A DNA stretch of 64,000 nt from a virus. Taxonomy: Duplodnaviria > Caudoviricetes. Below the pieces are notes generated by a model. That model was not told the DNA's origin. It did not search any database and saw only the letters and a list, made by a program, of their open reading frames with translations. The position numbers were made by a program, and so were the translations under genes. Shown piece after piece: positions 9,486 to 18,522 of this stretch (positions are counted from its first letter, which is position 1; every line of letters begins with the position of its first letter). The DNA is taken from positions 32,001 through 96,000 of IMG/VR virus record IMGVR_UViG_3300015360_000023, one strand, 5' to 3'.

Positions 9486-9881
9486 ATGACATATTCTGAA
9501 GATATTATTAAGTTACGTAAGAGAGTATTAGATGCTGTTGCAGTTGGTGTAGTTGATTCTAATTTAAAAGATTTTTATGAAGCTACATTGTTGCAAATTA
9601 TGAATGAGTCCGAGAGGCAAAGACAAAACGCTGTAGCTCAAGCTGAGACGCTTAGAAAGCAAGCAGCAGTTTGTGATGGTCAAGCTTCTGGTTATTCAGC
9701 TATGAGCAGTATGGTTTACAATGTATTAAATGCTTACATTGTGCAAGCCGAGCGCACTCAAGCTCAAGAAGCTGAGCAGGCTGCAAAAAGAGCAGAAGAG
9801 CAGGCATTTCAAGCTCCAGAAGTGGAAGTTGAAACTGATCTAGAAACAGAAGAATCTAAAAAGAAAACTAAGAAGAAGTAA
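9486..9881 (+). CDS. Coiled-coil hypothetical protein (131 aa)
   Basis: Gln/Ala/Glu-rich helices, basic C-terminus. Confidence 0.6.
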   Translation: MTYSEDIIKLRKRVLDAVAVGVVDSNLKDFYEATLLQIMNESERQRQNAVAQAETLRKQAAVCDGQASGYSAMSSMVYNVLNAYIVQAERTQAQEAEQAAKRAEEQAFQAPEVEVETDLETEESKKKTKKK

Positions 9882-9906
9882 ATCAATAGTTTTGCATCTA
9901 TAGAGG

Positions 9907-10659
9907 ATGACACTCTCAAAATCAGACTTTAGAGATGCAGATTTAGTTGATTCTCATGAATTAGCTTCTGACGGCTATACGTCTTATAAAACAACTGCCG
10001 TAACTTCGACAACCTCCGGAACAAAAACCGTTGAGGTTTCACCTAGTAGCGATATTTTTGGCTTAATTTTTGATGCAGATGCGCCTGTCTCTGTCGGTGA
10101 TCGTGTACGTTTAGTTGGCACCACAGGTGGTGCCGATGGATATTATACAATTGCATCTGTGGTAGATAATGATACCTTTACAGTATTAGAGAATATCAAT
10201 ACTTCTACTGGTGGTAGTGCCGTGTTTATTTATCGTCCGGGTGCGTCTTTAGTTGGATTTGATCCAACTGGATTAGCTGTAACTACAGCTAAAAATATAC
10301 AAGATGCTCTTAAAGATGTTGCAAATAATGCATCTGGTATTAGTGCTAATGTACATAGAGCATTAAGACAATTAATTCATTTTATTGATGAGGGTCCAGC
10401 CGAAGGATTTGCAACTGGAGCTTATAGAACAATGTTACCTGCATTAAGTCCATTTCCAACATCATTCATTTGGTGGGAGTCAATCGCTCAGACAGAAAAA
10501 ATTGTTGAGAAAACCTATACCTATAACCCAAATAAAACTGTTAGCCAGGTAGTGTGGCAAATGTATGATACAGATGGAGTTACTATATTAGTTACAGTTA
10601 CAGATGTAATTACATATTCAGGTATATTTGAGACGAGTAGAACTAGGAGCATAGTGTAA
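9907..10659 (+). CDS. Putative virion structural protein (250 aa)
   Basis: GAGGA SD; preceded by AATAG-TTTT-GCAT (9885-9898); beta-barrel VGDRVRL...GYYTI domain; TAATG coupling to next gene. Confidence 0.6.
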   Translation: MTLSKSDFRDADLVDSHELASDGYTSYKTTAVTSTTSGTKTVEVSPSSDIFGLIFDADAPVSVGDRVRLVGTTGGADGYYTIASVVDNDTFTVLENINTSTGGSAVFIYRPGASLVGFDPTGLAVTTAKNIQDALKDVANNASGISANVHRALRQLIHFIDEGPAEGFATGAYRTMLPALSPFPTSFIWWESIAQTEKIVEKTYTYNPNKTVSQVVWQMYDTDGVTILVTVTDVITYSGIFETSRTRSIV

Positions 10660-12989
10660 TGGCTAATGAATCACCAGCCTCAATTTTATTTGACCGTGAT
10701 GGCTATGATTTAGCTATTGCGCATGGCGATTCTATTACTGCTGATCAGCCTGGTTTTTTAGCTATTGGTAAGGATGGTTCTACCGCTCGTATTATCACTC
10801 TTGATTCATCCGGACGTTCTGTAGTTGTAGGAGCTGGTTCAGCGGGCTCTCCTGCGGGCGGCTTGATTACCATTCAGGGAGATGCTGCTGGCACACCCCT
10901 TCCTACCTCTATTGCCTCACTACCTTTGCCATCAGGCGCAGCTACTGAAGCAACCCTGGCTACTAGGTTAGCTGAATCTACATTCACTGCTCGCATTAAT
11001 ACTTTGGGTCAGAAGACTATGGCCAATTCAACGCCAGTAGTTTTATCATCTGATCAATCTACCCTTCCAATTAGCGCAGCTTCTTTACCACTTCCTTCTG
11101 GTGCTGCCACCGAAACAACTTTACTTACACTATTAACTGCATCTACTTTTACTACCAGAATTAACACTCTGGGTCAGAAGACGATGGCTAATAGTACTCC
11201 CGTTGTTATTTCTTCCGATCAATCTACAATAACAATTACTGGCGCCGTCACTGTTACCGGAACAGTCACTTCCAATCAAGGAACGCCCGCCGCTTTAGCT
11301 AATGCTTGGCCTATTAAAATAAGCGATGGCTCTAATTATGCTCCTTTAACTAATGCAGCTCCCGTTGGAAACGAACAAGGTTTAGTAGTAAGAAATATTC
11401 CATCTGGAACGCAGGTTATCTCTGGAACTGTTACAGCAACCGTATCTGGAACGGTTACCGCCAATCAAGGTACACCTGCTTCACTAAGCAATCCATGGCC
11501 AGTTCAATTATCGAATGGCACTAATACTCCGATAATTACTAATACTACACCAGGTGGTTCTGATCAAGCTTTGGTTGTAAGAAATATACCGTCTGGTACA
11601 CAAGCTATTTCTGCGGCTTCTCTGCCATTACCAACGGGGGCGGCCACCGAGGCAACATTAGCTACTAGGTTAGCGGAATCTACATTCACTACTCGTATTA
11701 ATACTTTAGGACAAAAGACTATGGCTAATTCTATGCCTGTAGTTATTGCCTCCGATCAAACTACATTGGCTATTACTGGTTCAGTTTCGGCCACTCAAAG
11801 CGGAACTTGGACTGTTCAGCCTGGAAATACAGCGAATACTACTCCGTGGTTAACTACTATTAGTCAAGGAGGTAATGCAGCCACTGTAACTGGCGCTAAT
11901 GCACTTAAGGTAGATGGTAGCTCTGTTACTCAGCCCGTTAGCGGAACTGTTACGGCTAATATTGGCACTTCCGGCTCATTAGCTCTTGATGCATCTATTA
12001 TAGCACAATCACTTATAGATAATAATGCGTTTACTGATGGTGTTACTAGAGTTCAACCAGTTGGATATATTTTTGATGAAGTAGCTGGTACAACTCTTAC
12101 TGAAAATGATGCCGCGGCAGCTAGAATCGATTCTAAACGCGCTCAAATTCAAGTAATTGAAGATGGAACTACTAGAGGCACAAGAGCTACGGTTAAAGCA
12201 GCTAGCACTGCCCCAGTATCTGGTGATACTTCATTAGTTGTCGTATTAAGTCCAAATCAACCACCTATTCTAGTCACAACATCTCCAAGTAGTTCAACTC
12301 CGCTTCTTGCTTTTGGTGATATTGCTTTAGCAGCTATTACAACCGTAGCATTACGTCGTACTACTTATACCGAGCAAAGCGTTAATTTTACTGGATCAAT
12401 TGTTTCATCATCGGCAAATGATTCATCCGCAGGTACAGGCGCACGTACAGTTCGTATTTATTGGATGAATCAGGCAGGCGCCACAACTGGATTTGAAGAT
12501 GTTACTCTTAATGGAGTTACTCCAGTTAATCTAGTTACTTCAACTAAATGTTTTATTGAGGCTATAGAGGTCTTAACAGTTGGTAGTACTAGATCTAATG
12601 CTGGAATTATTACTTTGAAAACGGGCGCGGCAGGAGCTGGCACAACTGTTGGAACTATTGGAGCAACAGATAACATTACATTTTGGGCCCATCATTATGT
12701 GAAATCAGGACTTACCTGTAATGTAACGGGTATCCTTATAGGGTCTAACGTTACAAACAGTTCCGGTTCGTGTATTGGGTCTCTTCGTTCACAAGTATTG
12801 CCTGTTGCAGATCAAGTAGATAAGCAGGTTTCTGACGGAATTACAGTAGCTGGATTAGATAGTTCGGTATATCGTTCTTATGGTTCTCAGATTCAAGTAG
12901 CTGGCCCGGCACGTATTACTTTAATTGTTACCACTGCAACGGGTTCTGCATTTAATTATCGTGGCTCATTTGATGCCTATGAAAGCTAA
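10659..12989 (+). CDS. Fibre-like repeat protein with C-terminal AGTGART domain (776 aa)
   Basis: Three ~50-aa LPLPxGAATE...INTLGQKTMANS.PVV repeats and two NQGTPA repeats; terminal SSANDSSAGTGARTV domain. Confidence 0.75.
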   Translation: MANESPASILFDRDGYDLAIAHGDSITADQPGFLAIGKDGSTARIITLDSSGRSVVVGAGSAGSPAGGLITIQGDAAGTPLPTSIASLPLPSGAATEATLATRLAESTFTARINTLGQKTMANSTPVVLSSDQSTLPISAASLPLPSGAATETTLLTLLTASTFTTRINTLGQKTMANSTPVVISSDQSTITITGAVTVTGTVTSNQGTPAALANAWPIKISDGSNYAPLTNAAPVGNEQGLVVRNIPSGTQVISGTVTATVSGTVTANQGTPASLSNPWPVQLSNGTNTPIITNTTPGGSDQALVVRNIPSGTQAISAASLPLPTGAATEATLATRLAESTFTTRINTLGQKTMANSMPVVIASDQTTLAITGSVSATQSGTWTVQPGNTANTTPWLTTISQGGNAATVTGANALKVDGSSVTQPVSGTVTANIGTSGSLALDASIIAQSLIDNNAFTDGVTRVQPVGYIFDEVAGTTLTENDAAAARIDSKRAQIQVIEDGTTRGTRATVKAASTAPVSGDTSLVVVLSPNQPPILVTTSPSSSTPLLAFGDIALAAITTVALRRTTYTEQSVNFTGSIVSSSANDSSAGTGARTVRIYWMNQAGATTGFEDVTLNGVTPVNLVTSTKCFIEAIEVLTVGSTRSNAGIITLKTGAAGAGTTVGTIGATDNITFWAHHYVKSGLTCNVTGILIGSNVTNSSGSCIGSLRSQVLPVADQVDKQVSDGITVAGLDSSVYRSYGSQIQVAGPARITLIVTTATGSAFNYRGSFDAYES

Positions 12990-12997
12990 GGAATAAT

Positions 12998-13966
12998 ATG
13001 TCACTTACACTAGCACCACAATTTACACAAATAAATTATACTTGGACTAACTGGAAAACTATTCAAGTTTTAAAAACTGGCAATCATCAATATGATGATG
13101 ATAATTCAGTTTATACAATTTATTTTTACGATGGCCCCGAGGTTCATATTTGTACCATATGGAAAGGTACAATTCCAGAAACTATTATTACTAATGGTAC
13201 TTATACTCAAGTTCAAAATAATATTGACAAATCAGATTTTGAAACTAATTTCAAACCTTATGGTAATAAATCGCTTGAACCATCTGCTAATGTTGTTTTA
13301 GGATATGCGACTTCAGTTAATGATGCTCTGACCATTATGCGTGCAACAGCATATGCGCAGCCAAGCACTAACGCTCAACGTTCTTTATTATCGAGTAATG
13401 CTGATGATACTTCGGCTGGCACTGGCGCAAGAACTATTAAGATTACGTATTATGATCAAACATTAGCTGGACCATTTTATGAGATAGCCTCTTTAAATGG
13501 AGTTACTCCAGTAAACACTGTAGCCTCTAATATTTGTTTCATAGAAAAAATAGAAGTTAATACAGTTGGTAATCAGTTAAGTAACGTAGGAACCATAACA
13601 TTAAAAGCGGCCGTCGCAGGCGGCGGAATCACTATTGGTACCATTGCAGCAGGAGACGGAGTTACTTACTGGTGTCATCATTATGTTGGGACTAATAAAA
13701 TCTGTAGAGTGATATCAGTTATTGGGTCCATCGATGGAATAAACAGCGGAGCGTTAGAGGTTCATAAATTGGTACCCACAAGTGTAACAACTCCAGAAAC
13801 AACAATTTCACCTAAACTTAGAATAACACCAAATAATACTGGACAAATAACTTTTGATGTTCCTATTACCGTAGTAGGGCCCGCCTTTATTGCTGTATAT
13901 GGCCGTTCAGATGCAACGTCTGGTAATTTAGATTGGTTTTCTAAAATTGGATTTTATGAGGTATAA
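12998..13966 (+). CDS. AGTGART-domain virion protein, paralog 2 (322 aa)
   Basis: SSNADDTSAGTGARTIKITYYD...LNGVTPV domain shared with both neighbours. Confidence 0.7.
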   Translation: MSLTLAPQFTQINYTWTNWKTIQVLKTGNHQYDDDNSVYTIYFYDGPEVHICTIWKGTIPETIITNGTYTQVQNNIDKSDFETNFKPYGNKSLEPSANVVLGYATSVNDALTIMRATAYAQPSTNAQRSLLSSNADDTSAGTGARTIKITYYDQTLAGPFYEIASLNGVTPVNTVASNICFIEKIEVNTVGNQLSNVGTITLKAAVAGGGITIGTIAAGDGVTYWCHHYVGTNKICRVISVIGSIDGINSGALEVHKLVPTSVTTPETTISPKLRITPNNTGQITFDVPITVVGPAFIAVYGRSDATSGNLDWFSKIGFYEV

Positions 13967-14785
13967 ATGCCGATAACAGACAGACCAGTAAATAATTCTA
14001 TTCTATATGATGAAAGTGGGAAAGCTATCTTAGTAGACTCTGGTAATGGAGCGCTTATTGTGGGAGGGTTAGAGCATGCTATTGGCGACGGCCTCATTTC
14101 TACTGCTGGCGTATCTAGCGATCATGCTAAAGGTTATGTTGCAACAGCAAGCACATCCATTACAGTTGCAAGAGCCTCTACCTATGTAGAGCCAGCTTCT
14201 GCCTCACAAATGGAAATACTTTCATCCAGCGCAAGCGATTCATCCGCTGGAACCGGAACAAGAACGGTAAGAATTACGTATTATGATGGCTCTTTGAATG
14301 GGCCATTTACAGAAGATAAAACTATGAATGGTGTTGCTGCTGTTACGACAACTGCAACTAATATGAGATTCATAGATAAAATTGAAACACTAAGCGTAGG
14401 ATCTAACGGAACTAATGTTGGAACAATTACTTTAAGGGCAGTAAGTGCAGGGGCTACTGTAGGAACTATTGCTGTTAGCGATGGTATTACTTTTTGGGCA
14501 CACAAATATGTTCCTGTAAATACTAAGTGTTTTATTAAAAGGTGGTTTGTTGGTGTTCTTGGAAATAGCGGCGTAACATTTTTACGCACTAATCAACCAC
14601 TAACAGGAGTTTCTTTTGAGAAACAAATGACTCCATCTGTAAGAGTAACTACTGCGCAGCCATCACAAATTTATGACATGGAACATTTTATCGTACCTGG
14701 TCCAGCTAAGATTAGTGCGTGGGTCAGAGCAGATAGTAACACTGCTGCAACTTGGCATGTTGGATTTTCGTTTTATTGTCTTTGA
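13967..14785 (+). CDS. AGTGART-domain virion protein, paralog 3 (272 aa)
   Basis: SSSASDSSAGTGTRTVRITYYDG...MNGVAAV domain. Confidence 0.7.
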   Translation: MPITDRPVNNSILYDESGKAILVDSGNGALIVGGLEHAIGDGLISTAGVSSDHAKGYVATASTSITVARASTYVEPASASQMEILSSSASDSSAGTGTRTVRITYYDGSLNGPFTEDKTMNGVAAVTTTATNMRFIDKIETLSVGSNGTNVGTITLRAVSAGATVGTIAVSDGITFWAHKYVPVNTKCFIKRWFVGVLGNSGVTFLRTNQPLTGVSFEKQMTPSVRVTTAQPSQIYDMEHFIVPGPAKISAWVRADSNTAATWHVGFSFYCL

Positions 14786-14853
14786 GTTCTATTAAAATTT
14801 TGACATGAATGGTGTAAGAACTTAATACTAAACCAATGACAAAAGGAAACACA

Positions 14854-15771
14854 ATGGCAGTTACTCCGTTAACTAATCGTCCAGTTCCACAAAATTCAAA
14901 TGAAAGCCGCGCAATGTTCGTATGGGTAGGCGCAACCGCTGCTCTAGACCCACTAGACACTGATGCAGATCAACAAGCTCTACTTAACTTCTGTGGCACC
15001 AATGGTGTCAACGTACTTTTTCTAGACATTTGGCGCTACCTAGGTGGTGCTAACTGGACTAACGCAAAGCGCGACAGACTTAAGCTTTTCAACGATGCAG
15101 CTCACCGTTCCGGTATCAAGGTCCACGCTCTATGCGGTGATCTTGGTTGGGGAACTCTTCAACAATGGGTTATGAAGAATATCATGAATCCAATCATGGC
15201 ATACAATGCTATGTGCACTAAGACATCTGAACAATTTGATGGTATTTGTTTAGACGTAGAGTATTGGCAAGACGAGGTTGCTTACCCAGCAGCTACTCAC
15301 CTTCCAGGGCTATGCGACCTAATCAAGGCTATGCGTCAACAAGCTGACGGGTCTCTTTCCGTTGGATGTTTCGCAGGGTTCTTCCTTAAGGATAACTCTG
15401 GGGCCCGCGCTCTACTTACTTACAATGGTAAGCTTGCTCAAGACGGCGAACATTTGATGGATGTTTGTGATTTCGTTATTCCAGGAACTTATCGTGATCA
15501 TGCTGCTGATAACGGAACTGATGGTGTTGGACAAATTACTTTGTTCCAGCCATGGTACGATTACGCCTCTACTGAAGGAAAGAATTTTGGACTATACTGT
15601 GGTTCTGAAACCATCAATATTACCCCAACCTACATCACGTACTTCGGTGGAACTAAGGCTGCTATGGAAGCTGAGCACACTTTAGTCTCTAACGCATTTA
15701 AAGTTGAAACTAACTCCGTATTTCTTGGTCAAGCTATCCATAGCTACGATGGTTGGAAAGCAATGTCCTAA
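14854..15771 (+). CDS. TIM-barrel glycoside-hydrolase-like protein (GH18-like DxE motif), 305 aa
   Basis: FDGICLDVEYW motif in alternating beta/alpha pattern; start moved to ATG14854 (AAGGA SD). Confidence 0.6.
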   Translation: MAVTPLTNRPVPQNSNESRAMFVWVGATAALDPLDTDADQQALLNFCGTNGVNVLFLDIWRYLGGANWTNAKRDRLKLFNDAAHRSGIKVHALCGDLGWGTLQQWVMKNIMNPIMAYNAMCTKTSEQFDGICLDVEYWQDEVAYPAATHLPGLCDLIKAMRQQADGSLSVGCFAGFFLKDNSGARALLTYNGKLAQDGEHLMDVCDFVIPGTYRDHAADNGTDGVGQITLFQPWYDYASTEGKNFGLYCGSETINITPTYITYFGGTKAAMEAEHTLVSNAFKVETNSVFLGQAIHSYDGWKAMS

Positions 15772-15794
15772 TCAAATTAAGTTTCTAGAATGAT

Positions 15795-15833
15795 GAGACG
15801 CCCGGTAGAAATACCGGGCGTTTCTATTTGTGT
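15795..15833 (+). terminator. Rho-independent terminator
   Basis: GAGACGCCCGGTA-GAAA-TACCGGGCGTTTC then TATTTGTG. Confidence 0.85.
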
Positions 15834-15871
15834 GACTAATTTGATATATCATTAATAGCCAGTGGGGTTTA

Positions 15872-16732
15872 ATGAGAGTATTAGTCTTGAGCGGTGGCGG
15901 GAGTAAAGGTGCTTATCAGGTCGGCGCCCTCAAACACATCATTGGTGAGTTAGGTGTTGTTTATGATGCCTTTTGTGGCGTCTCTGTTGGGGCAATTAAT
16001 TGCGCCTCTTTAGCTATGTTCTCTTCTGGACAAGAGGAGCAATCTATCTCTGTTCTTGCTGATATGTGGGCTAAAATAAATACCTCTCAAATATATAAGA
16101 GGTGGTTTCCATTTGGACGTTGGCATGCACTTTGGAACAAGAGTTTTTTTGATAGTTCTCCTATGCGCAATCTAATTAGAAACAGTTTAGATATTAAAAA
16201 GATTCGAGCTAGCGGTAAACCAATTAACGTTGGTACCGTATCTCTTAGCTCTGGAAAATATACTATTTTTGATCAAACCTCAGATCATTTTATAGATGCC
16301 GTTACCGCCTCAGCCTCCTTTCCTGGCATGTTAACTCCGGTGAAATTCCTGGGCCAATTGTGGACGGATGGAGGGGTAAAAGAAATATCTCCAATCAAGA
16401 AGGCCGTAGAGATGGGGGCGGATGTTATTGATGTCATAATTACGTCTCCACATACACGTGTCAATAGATTTTTGGAAAATCCAACTACGGTTGATATTCT
16501 AAAACGCTCTATTGATCTATCTACAGATAAAATTATGGCAAATGATATTGAGAAAGTTCAAATGCATAATGTGCTAGCTTTAGCAGGTCTGGAAGATAAA
16601 AGGTATGTCAAAATTAATATATTAAGACCAGATTTCAATCTAATTGAAGATCTACTTGATTTCAGACCTGAAAAAATCCAAGAAATGATGGAAAAAGGGT
16701 ATATGGACGCTAAAAACAAATACACAATGTAA
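15872..16732 (+). CDS. Patatin-like phospholipase (286 aa)
   Basis: LSGGGSKG oxyanion loop, GVSVG nucleophile elbow and DGG catalytic Asp all intact. Confidence 0.92.
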   Translation: MRVLVLSGGGSKGAYQVGALKHIIGELGVVYDAFCGVSVGAINCASLAMFSSGQEEQSISVLADMWAKINTSQIYKRWFPFGRWHALWNKSFFDSSPMRNLIRNSLDIKKIRASGKPINVGTVSLSSGKYTIFDQTSDHFIDAVTASASFPGMLTPVKFLGQLWTDGGVKEISPIKKAVEMGADVIDVIITSPHTRVNRFLENPTTVDILKRSIDLSTDKIMANDIEKVQMHNVLALAGLEDKRYVKINILRPDFNLIEDLLDFRPEKIQEMMEKGYMDAKNKYTM

Positions 16733-16760
16733 TAATTCTACATATCTAGTGGAGATATAA

Positions 16761-17114
16761 ATGGCTTTTAAGAACATCAAGAAAACCCAAGGTAGGGATT
16801 TTAACTTCTGGAATTCAACCGCTGTAAGCTGGGCGCAGTTTGGGGCACCAGATGGCTATACCCTTCTTGATGGCTATGGGCCTGATTTGGTTATTACTTT
16901 TCCAACTCAAGGCATCATGTTCACTAATGAAACTTCAGCAAGCGTTGTAGAGTATTCGTTTAATGGATCTACGATTCATGGAGTTTTGGATGGAACTGCC
17001 GGCAGCACTACTCGCGTAGTTATGTTTGATAATCGTGTAGCTTCTTTGATTTGGTTTAGATTAAAATCAGGCGGCACAGCAACTATAACGACCACCGCGT
17101 GGGGAATACGATAA
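16761..17114 (+). CDS. Small beta-sandwich virion-type protein (117 aa)
   Basis: GGAG SD; preceded by AATAA-TTCT-ACATA (16731-16744); VEYSFNG..IHG...IWFR pattern; two DGY. Confidence 0.6.
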   Translation: MAFKNIKKTQGRDFNFWNSTAVSWAQFGAPDGYTLLDGYGPDLVITFPTQGIMFTNETSASVVEYSFNGSTIHGVLDGTAGSTTRVVMFDNRVASLIWFRLKSGGTATITTTAWGIR

Positions 17115-17133
17115 CTTGATATAGTAAGGTATT

Positions 17134-17466
17134 ATGGGAAAGAGTAAGCTAATCAAGAACAAGTGTGAGATCGAGACGTGCTCGATTACGGACCCTAACC
17201 TACTTCAATTGCATCATATTATAGAAAGAACGGAAGTCAATACTAATAATAACAATTTTAACCTCGCAATCTTGTGTGCCAATTGCCACGGTTTGACGCA
17301 TAGTAGTAGGCTAAAGATTATTGGAGTTTACCCATCTACACAATTACCTAATGGTAGAACTTTGGTGTATGAGTTAGATGGTAAAAGAAATATTGAAGGT
17401 ATTGATAAGCCTTACGTTAAGTTCGAAAATAAATCGTTCAAGTTACATGGAGTGAAGGATGAGTAA
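17134..17466 (+). CDS. HNH endonuclease family protein (110 aa)
   Basis: CEIETC...LHHII...NLAILCANCH..TH. Confidence 0.85.
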   Translation: MGKSKLIKNKCEIETCSITDPNLLQLHHIIERTEVNTNNNNFNLAILCANCHGLTHSSRLKIIGVYPSTQLPNGRTLVYELDGKRNIEGIDKPYVKFENKSFKLHGVKDE

Positions 17467-17779
17467 AATAGATAAGACATTCTTGAGAGATGTCGGTGGT
17501 ACGGTAGAAAAGACAAATCTTGATGATGCGGCTAATCTAAGTAACAAAGTGCTTCAAGAACAAGAGACTCGTCGTAGGCTCTTAGCCCATGCCAGAATTA
17601 TTGGCTGTGAAAGAGATATGCTTTTGCTCTTTGCAAAATACGATAAATTGATGCGTAACTGCACCAACGATAAAGAAAGAGCAGATATTGCCAAACTTGG
17701 AGCTGTAGATACGTACAGACTATTGGGTGGCGGTGGGGAGTTGTACGTTGACGGACAACTTGTTTGTAAAGATAGTTAA
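17459..17779 (+). CDS. Hypothetical protein (106 aa)
   Basis: Overlaps HNH end, GAAGG SD, helical. Confidence 0.6.
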   Translation: MSKIDKTFLRDVGGTVEKTNLDDAANLSNKVLQEQETRRRLLAHARIIGCERDMLLLFAKYDKLMRNCTNDKERADIAKLGAVDTYRLLGGGGELYVDGQLVCKDS

Positions 17780-17789
17780 GGAATAAACG

Positions 17790-18023
17790 ATGAGTAATGA
17801 AAAATTTGTAGGTGAAGTTGTCTGGTTCGACCCTAAAAGGGGTTTCGGATTTATTACATGGGAAAAAGATGGCGAAAAACAGAAAGATCTGTTTGTTCAC
17901 TTCTCTGATGTAGCTTGTGAAGGTTTTAAAACCTTATACAAGGGACAGAAAGTATCTTTTGGTCTAGGTACTAATGTACGTGGCGATCCAAAGGCAACTG
18001 AAGTAACCATTCTCAAGAACTAA
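17790..18023 (+). CDS. csp: Cold-shock domain (CspA-family) nucleic-acid-binding protein
   Basis: [15 protein letters not shown] (RNP1), DLFVHFSDV (RNP2), GFKTL..GQKVSF. Confidence 0.93.
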   Translation: MSNEKFVGEVVWFDPKRGFGFITWEKDGEKQKDLFVHFSDVACEGFKTLYKGQKVSFGLGTNVRGDPKATEVTILKN

Positions 18024-18317
18024 TTACTTCTTGATTACGAATATTTGTATAATTTGGATTACTAGAGATAGTAATCCGGTGATGAATAGTATTTGAATTT
18101 TGAATAGGTCGCGGTTTGTTTCTTCGGCCTGTTTAACAATTTTATCAAGTTTTTCGTCTTGATCTTCTTGGATTTTCTTAATGTCTCTTAAAGAGTCAAT
18201 GATTTCTTCATTTTGCTCAGCGACTTCTGACTGAATTTCAATAGTCTTTTTGTTGACTTCTAGAATTAACTCCAGGTCCTTTTTCTTTACAGTTTCATTG
18301 TTTAGTTTCTCAACCAT
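18024..18317 (-). CDS. Coiled-coil protein with C-terminal transmembrane helix (97 aa)
   Basis: Heptad-rich body then LFKIQILFITGLLSLVIQIIQIFVI. Confidence 0.6.
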   Translation of the reverse strand: MVEKLNNETVKKKDLELILEVNKKTIEIQSEVAEQNEEIIDSLRDIKKIQEDQDEKLDKIVKQAEETNRDLFKIQILFITGLLSLVIQIIQIFVIKK

Positions 18318-18340
18318 CGGACCCTCAGCATATTTTAAAG

Positions 18341-18520
18341 TTATTTCTTTTTCCCTTTCCTACCCTTAATTTTTGATATGACATCATCAAGTTTGTCATT
18401 CAGCTTTTTATAATCTTCTATAGTCTCATTTTCCAAATCATCAATTGGTAATGGTTCTGTAACAGAAATTGTTTCACTTATACTTGCGGCGGCAGCAGCT
18501 ATATTGCGTCTACGTGACAT
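18341..18520 (-). CDS. Small hypothetical protein (59 aa), not in ORF track
   Basis: Manual translation MSRRRNIAAAAASISETISVTEPLPIDDLENETIEDYKKLNDKLDDVISKIKGRKGKKK; AAGGTG SD; fills the gap in a minus-strand triplet. Confidence 0.65.
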   Translation of the reverse strand: MSRRRNIAAAAASISETISVTEPLPIDDLENETIEDYKKLNDKLDDVISKIKGRKGKKK

Positions 18521-18522
18521 GA

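Noticed and set aside
10120-10150. The DGY in GADGYYTI as evidence for the sequon
   Set aside because: It aligns with the NG[TY]F/Y turn of that beta-barrel family, so this instance may be fold-driven; it is 1 of about 36
14800-14829. TTGACA upstream of the glycosidase-like gene as a sigma70 promoter
   Set aside because: The -10 at 17 nt spacing is TAATAC, a poor match; too weak to call
4842-16732. CBASS-like system from nucleotidyltransferase plus patatin
   Set aside because: The transferase has class II CCA motifs rather than CD-NTase ones, and lies 10 kb away on the opposite strand
17134-17466. HNH as an intron-encoded homing endonuclease
   Set aside because: Flanking genes are intact and not split; no room for a group I intron structure
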